This document shows, one piece after another, positions 60,482-64,000 of a DNA stretch of 64,000 bases (the stretch's first letter is position 1; each line of letters opens with the position of its first letter). The position numbers and the translations under genes were made by a program. The notes under the pieces are model-generated. The model ran no database searches, was not told where the DNA came from, and saw only the letters and a program-made list of their open reading frames with translations. The stretch comes from an uncultured Candidatus Rokubacteria bacterium (GTDB lineage: Bacteria > Methylomirabilota > Methylomirabilia > Rokubacteriales > DASRDR01). Location of the stretch: positions 8,923 to 72,922 of the forward strand of contig CAVVOZ010000009.1 of NCBI GenBank assembly GCA_963749975.1, written 5' to 3'.

Positions 60482-60703
60482 GCTGATCGCGCCTAGGCCT
60501 GCCGTCCGGCGTGTCTCTCTCCGGGGTCATCCCGTATGCGCGCGGTGCCGGCTCGGGGTGCCGTGTCGCTGTCGTGGCCGCCTGAACGTGCCGGCACACC
60601 GCGTCTCCGTGGCTCACAGGGCGATCCGCGACAGGTGGCACCACGGTTGCTCCGATCCTGAGGCGAATGGGAGCCAGCGAGCGCGCGAACTGGGGATGCC
60701 TCG

Positions 60704-61309
60704 ATGAGCGAGGGGGCGGTCCGAAGTTTCGTCGCGGTGCTGCTGCCGGATCGCGTGCGAGCTGGTCTGGCTGCGGTGAGTGCGGAGCTTCGCGGACAGG
60801 CGCGGGGGCTTGCGTGGGTGCGGGCGGACAATCTCCATCTCACGCTCCGGTTCCTGGGCGAGATCGAGCCGACGATGCTCGAGCCGGTCCGGGAAGCGGT
60901 GGCGGCCGCCGCGGCGGCCATCCCGCCGTTCACGGTCAGTCTCGGGGGGCTCGGAGGCTTTCCGTCGGGGCGCGCGCCGCGGGTGCTGTGGGCCAGCGTC
61001 GCTGCCGGGGGCAAGGAGCTCGAGATGCTCTACGCCGCGCTCGAGGCGGCGCTGGTTGCGCGGGGCATGCCGGGGGAGAGCCGGCCTTTCCATCCCCACG
61101 TCACGCTCGCCCGGGCCCGGGATCCACGCGGGGCTGGCGACCTGGCGAACGTGCTGGGAGCGGGGCCCGCATTCGGCGAGGTCCGGGTCGGGGCGCTCCA
61201 CCTGATGCGGTCGGACCTCGGGCCGGGCGGGTCGCGATACAGCGTCCTGGCCGAGGCCCCCCTTGGGCGATCCATCGGGGGTCAACTGACCGATGACCGC
61301 AACCGGTAG
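60704..61309 (+). CDS. thpR: RNA 2',3'-cyclic phosphodiesterase (2H phosphoesterase, ThpR/LigT)
   Basis: Two H-x-T-L motifs: [10 protein letters not shown] and HPHVTLARA. Confidence 0.8.
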   Translation: MSEGAVRSFVAVLLPDRVRAGLAAVSAELRGQARGLAWVRADNLHLTLRFLGEIEPTMLEPVREAVAAAAAAIPPFTVSLGGLGGFPSGRAPRVLWASVAAGGKELEMLYAALEAALVARGMPGESRPFHPHVTLARARDPRGAGDLANVLGAGPAFGEVRVGALHLMRSDLGPGGSRYSVLAEAPLGRSIGGQLTDDRNR

Positions 61310-61419
61310 CGTACTCATCTTCTGTTGACATGTCGAGCACGCCCCCTCTAGAATGGCGCCGACATGGAGCGAAACCCGCGGCGACCCGGAAGTCGCGCGG
61401 AGACGAACGGAGGGACGTG

Positions 61420-62481
61420 ATGGCAGAGTCCAAGGCTGAATCCAGGGCGGAGTCGAAGTCCGAATCGAAGGCCGACAAGGACCGGCGGCAAGCGCTCGAG
61501 CTGGCGCTCTCCCAGATCGAGCGCCAGTTCGGCAAGGGCGCCGTGATGAAGCTCGGCGCGTCGGGCGCGCTCGAGGAGACGGCCGTCATCCCGACCGGCG
61601 CGCTCACCATCGACGTGGCGCTCGGCATCGGCGGGATCCCCCGCGGGCGGGTGACGGAGATCTACGGGCCGGAGTCCTCCGGGAAGACCACGCTCGCCCT
61701 CCACGTGATCGCGGAGGCCCAGCGCTCGGGCGGCTACGCGGCGTTCGTCGACGCCGAGCACGCCCTCGACGCGGCCTACGCCAAGCGGCTCGGCGTGAAC
61801 ATCGACGAGCTCCTGATCTCGCAGCCCGACACGGGCGAGCAGGCGCTCGAGATCACCGAGCACCTGGTCCGCTCGGGCGCGATCGACGTCATCGTGATCG
61901 ACTCCGTCGCGGCGCTCGTGCCGAAGGCCGAGCTCGAGGGCGAGATGGGCGAGTCGCTGCCGGGGCTCCAGGCGCGGCTCATGTCGCAGGCCCTCCGGAA
62001 GCTCACCGCCGCGATCGCGCGCTCCGGCACCGCCGTGATCTTCATCAATCAGATCCGCGAGAAGATCGGCGTCATGTTCGGCAGCCCCGAGACGACGTCG
62101 GGGGGCCGCGCGCTGAAGTTCTACGCCTCGATTCGCCTGGACATCCGGCGGATGGACGCCCTCAAGCAGGGGACGGAATCGGTCGGCGTCCACACGAAGG
62201 TCAAGGTGGTGAAGAACAAGCTCGCGTCGCCGTTCCGGGAGGCCGAGTTCGACGTGATGTACGGCGAGGGCATCTCCCGCGAAGCCAACGTGCTCGACCT
62301 CGCGGTGGTGCAGGGGATCGTCGAGAAGAGCGGCACGTGGTTCTCGTACCGCGACCAGCGGATCGGCCAGGGCCGGGACAACGCCCGGAAGTTCCTCAAG
62401 GAGAACCCGAAGATGCTGGCCGAGATGGAGACGGCGGTCCGCCACGCCGTCGGTCTCAAGCCCGTCGCGAGCGAGGCCTGA
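61420..62481 (+). CDS. recA: recombinase RecA
   Basis: ATG 61420 with GGAGGG 7 nt upstream. …[39 protein letters not shown]…[10 protein letters not shown]…[20 protein letters not shown]…. Confidence 0.95.
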   Translation: MAESKAESRAESKSESKADKDRRQALELALSQIERQFGKGAVMKLGASGALEETAVIPTGALTIDVALGIGGIPRGRVTEIYGPESSGKTTLALHVIAEAQRSGGYAAFVDAEHALDAAYAKRLGVNIDELLISQPDTGEQALEITEHLVRSGAIDVIVIDSVAALVPKAELEGEMGESLPGLQARLMSQALRKLTAAIARSGTAVIFINQIREKIGVMFGSPETTSGGRALKFYASIRLDIRRMDALKQGTESVGVHTKVKVVKNKLASPFREAEFDVMYGEGISREANVLDLAVVQGIVEKSGTWFSYRDQRIGQGRDNARKFLKENPKMLAEMETAVRHAVGLKPVASEA

Positions 62482-62516
62482 CGGTCGGCGCGGAGTTACC
62501 GCTCGGGATCACTCCG

Positions 62517-63050
62517 GTGACCGCGTTCCGGCGAGCTTCGCCGGCGGGGGCCCGGCCCGCGCTCGACGCGCGTCGCGCGCGGACCGTGGCCCTCGATCTG
62601 CTCGCCCGGAAGCCCTGGACGCGGCAGGAGCTCACGGGCCGTCTCCGCCGCCGCGGCGCGCCCGCGGACGTGGCCGAGGTCGTGGTGGCCGAGCTCGAGG
62701 CGCGCGGCTACGTGGACGATCGCGCCTTCGCCGCCGCCTGGGCCGAGTCCCGGGCGCGGGGCCGATCGCTCGGGCGCCAGCGCCTGCGCGAGGAGCTTCG
62801 GGCGCGCGGCGTGGCGCGCCCCCTCGTGGAGGCCGCGATCGACCGCGCGTTCGAGGACACGAGTGAGCTGGCCCGGGCGCAGGTCGCCGCGGTGCGGCGC
62901 CTGGCGATCCTCCGGCGCCAGGCTCCCGACCAGGTCGCGCGCCGGCTCCATGACTATCTCCGGCGCCGAGGGTATCCTGGGGACGTCGTGCGGCAGGTGC
63001 TCCGGGCGCTCTGTCGCGACACCGTCCCGGAGGCGGCCGTCGAGGCGTAG
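62517..63050 (+). CDS. recX: recombination regulator RecX
   Basis: Immediately downstream of recA. …ARTVALDLLARKPWTRQELTGRLRRRGAPADVAEVVVAELEARGYVDDRAFAAAWAESR… The start is uncertain (GTG 62517). Confidence 0.75.
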   Translation: MTAFRRASPAGARPALDARRARTVALDLLARKPWTRQELTGRLRRRGAPADVAEVVVAELEARGYVDDRAFAAAWAESRARGRSLGRQRLREELRARGVARPLVEAAIDRAFEDTSELARAQVAAVRRLAILRRQAPDQVARRLHDYLRRRGYPGDVVRQVLRALCRDTVPEAAVEA

Positions 63051-63158
63051 CGAGGGAGGGACAGGGCTGGATCCTCGATCTGGCGCGCCTGCGTGACGGC
63101 GCCACCCGGGCGCGAGACGACCGGGACGCGCGCATCCCCACCCACTCAGGAGGCGCTC

Positions 63159-63644
63159 ATGACCCCCGCGGAACGGCAGAGCCTGATCGCGACGTACAAG
63201 GCGGGCTACGACGAGGTGGTGCGCGCGCTGGCGGGGATCGCCCCCGACGAGCGGGACTGGCGCCCCGCGCCGGGCGAGTGGAGCGCGCGCGAGGTCGTGC
63301 ATCACCTCGCGGACAGCGAGACGATCTCCGGCATCCGGCTCCGGCGGCTCCTGATCGAGGACAACCCGGTCATCCAGGGCTACGACGAGGCCGACTACGC
63401 GCGCCGCTTCCGTTACCAGGAGCGCCCGTGGGAGCCCGCCCTCCGCGCGTTCGAGGCCGCCCGGGCGACGACGGCGCAGCTCCTCGAGTCCATGACGGAC
63501 GCGGACTGGCGCCGCGCGGGGACGCACTCGGAGAGCGGTGCGTACTCCACCGAGAAGTGGCTCCGCATCTACGCCGACCACGGCAACGTCCACGCCGACC
63601 AGATCCGGAAGAACCGGGCGGGCTGGGCGGCTCGGCCGCGCTGA
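63159..63644 (+). CDS. DinB/YfiT-like (DinB_2 superfamily) putative metal-dependent hydrolase
   Basis: ATG 63159 with CAGGAGG upstream. …DWRPAPGEWSAREVVHHLADSE…RLRRLL…. Confidence 0.65.
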   Translation: MTPAERQSLIATYKAGYDEVVRALAGIAPDERDWRPAPGEWSAREVVHHLADSETISGIRLRRLLIEDNPVIQGYDEADYARRFRYQERPWEPALRAFEAARATTAQLLESMTDADWRRAGTHSESGAYSTEKWLRIYADHGNVHADQIRKNRAGWAARPR

Positions 63645-63646
63645 CC

Positions 63647-64000
63647 GTGTCGCGGGCGGACGCCGTGTCGGACGGTGGGCGGACCGAGCTGGTGGCGCGG
63701 TACCGGGCGGGCTACGGGGTGCTTCTCGCGGCGCTGGACGGGCTCACGCCCGACGAGCTCGACTGGCGGCCGAGCCCGGAGGCGTGGAGCGTGCGAGACG
63801 TGGTCCACCACCTGGAGGACGCGGAGCTGACGGGGGCGGTCCGGCTGCGGCGCCTTCTCACGGAGGACGCGCCCTTCCTTCCGGCCTTCGACGAGGAGGT
63901 CTACCGCCAGCGTCTCGCGTACGCGGCGCGGCCCATCGAGCCTGCCCTCGACGCCATCCGCGCGGCCCACGGGACGACGGCCGAGCTGCTCGACCGGCTC
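63647..64000 (+). CDS. second DinB_2-family paralog, 3'-partial (runs off window end)
   Basis: GTG 63647. …LDWRPSPEAWSVRDVVHHLEDAELTGAVRLRRLLTED… is the same architecture as the preceding gene. Confidence 0.55.
   Translation, partial: MSRADAVSDGGRTELVARYRAGYGVLLAALDGLTPDELDWRPSPEAWSVRDVVHHLEDAELTGAVRLRRLLTEDAPFLPAFDEEVYRQRLAYAARPIEPALDAIRAAHGTTAELLDRL

Overview
High-GC (~70%) chromosomal window from a diderm bacterium. Evidence for the diderm call is lolA, the ftsK-lolA and glnB-glnE linkages and recA-recX; the lineage cannot be assigned from sequence alone. The ORF track is dominated by long antisense shadow ORFs, so genes were called by recognisable protein families.

Left to right the window holds:
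- A 3'-partial secreted-protein gene (- strand), then a hydantoinase B/A pair.
- A cell-envelope glycan locus (~5.2-22.6 kb): GSA-aminomutase-like aminotransferase, a GT39/ArnT-like TPR membrane glycosyltransferase, fcl, asnB, a wecA-like GT4 transferase, a truncated PglF/WbaP-like membrane+CoA-binding module, a TviC/WbpP-like epimerase and a UbiA-family (DPPR-synthase-like) prenyltransferase.
- Two structural anomalies inside that locus. One is a ~3.77-kb near-identical tandem duplication (5452-9220 / 9248-13017) joined by a 27-bp AT-rich filler. The other is a ~2.3-kb segment carrying a Rieske [2Fe-2S] protein gene (- strand), bracketed by diverged ~230-bp direct repeats that leave only remnants of a UDP-sugar dehydrogenase.
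- A polar amino-acid ABC transporter (- strand), DUF362, gltX, histidine phosphatase, Na/Pi-PhoU transporter, glgA-glnB-glnE, polA, PhzF, coaE, rsmA, rnj, ftsK, an orphan ORF, lolA, yajQ and an MNT/HEPN nucleotidyltransferase pair.
- trpE-trpG (- strand), preceded by a sigma70-like promoter, a 29-aa leader peptide with 5 Trp codons in 7, and a terminator-like hairpin plus U-tract: a classical attenuator.
- A multi-GAF histidine kinase, a CheY-like receiver, a receiver/class III cyclase, a methyltransferase, rimO, pgpA, cinA, thpR, recA-recX and two tandem DinB_2 paralogs.

At least 16 single-base frameshifts, mostly in G/C homopolymers, interrupt otherwise intact genes. The sequence therefore looks like an indel-prone draft assembly, so individual 'pseudogenes' and the duplication should be treated with caution.
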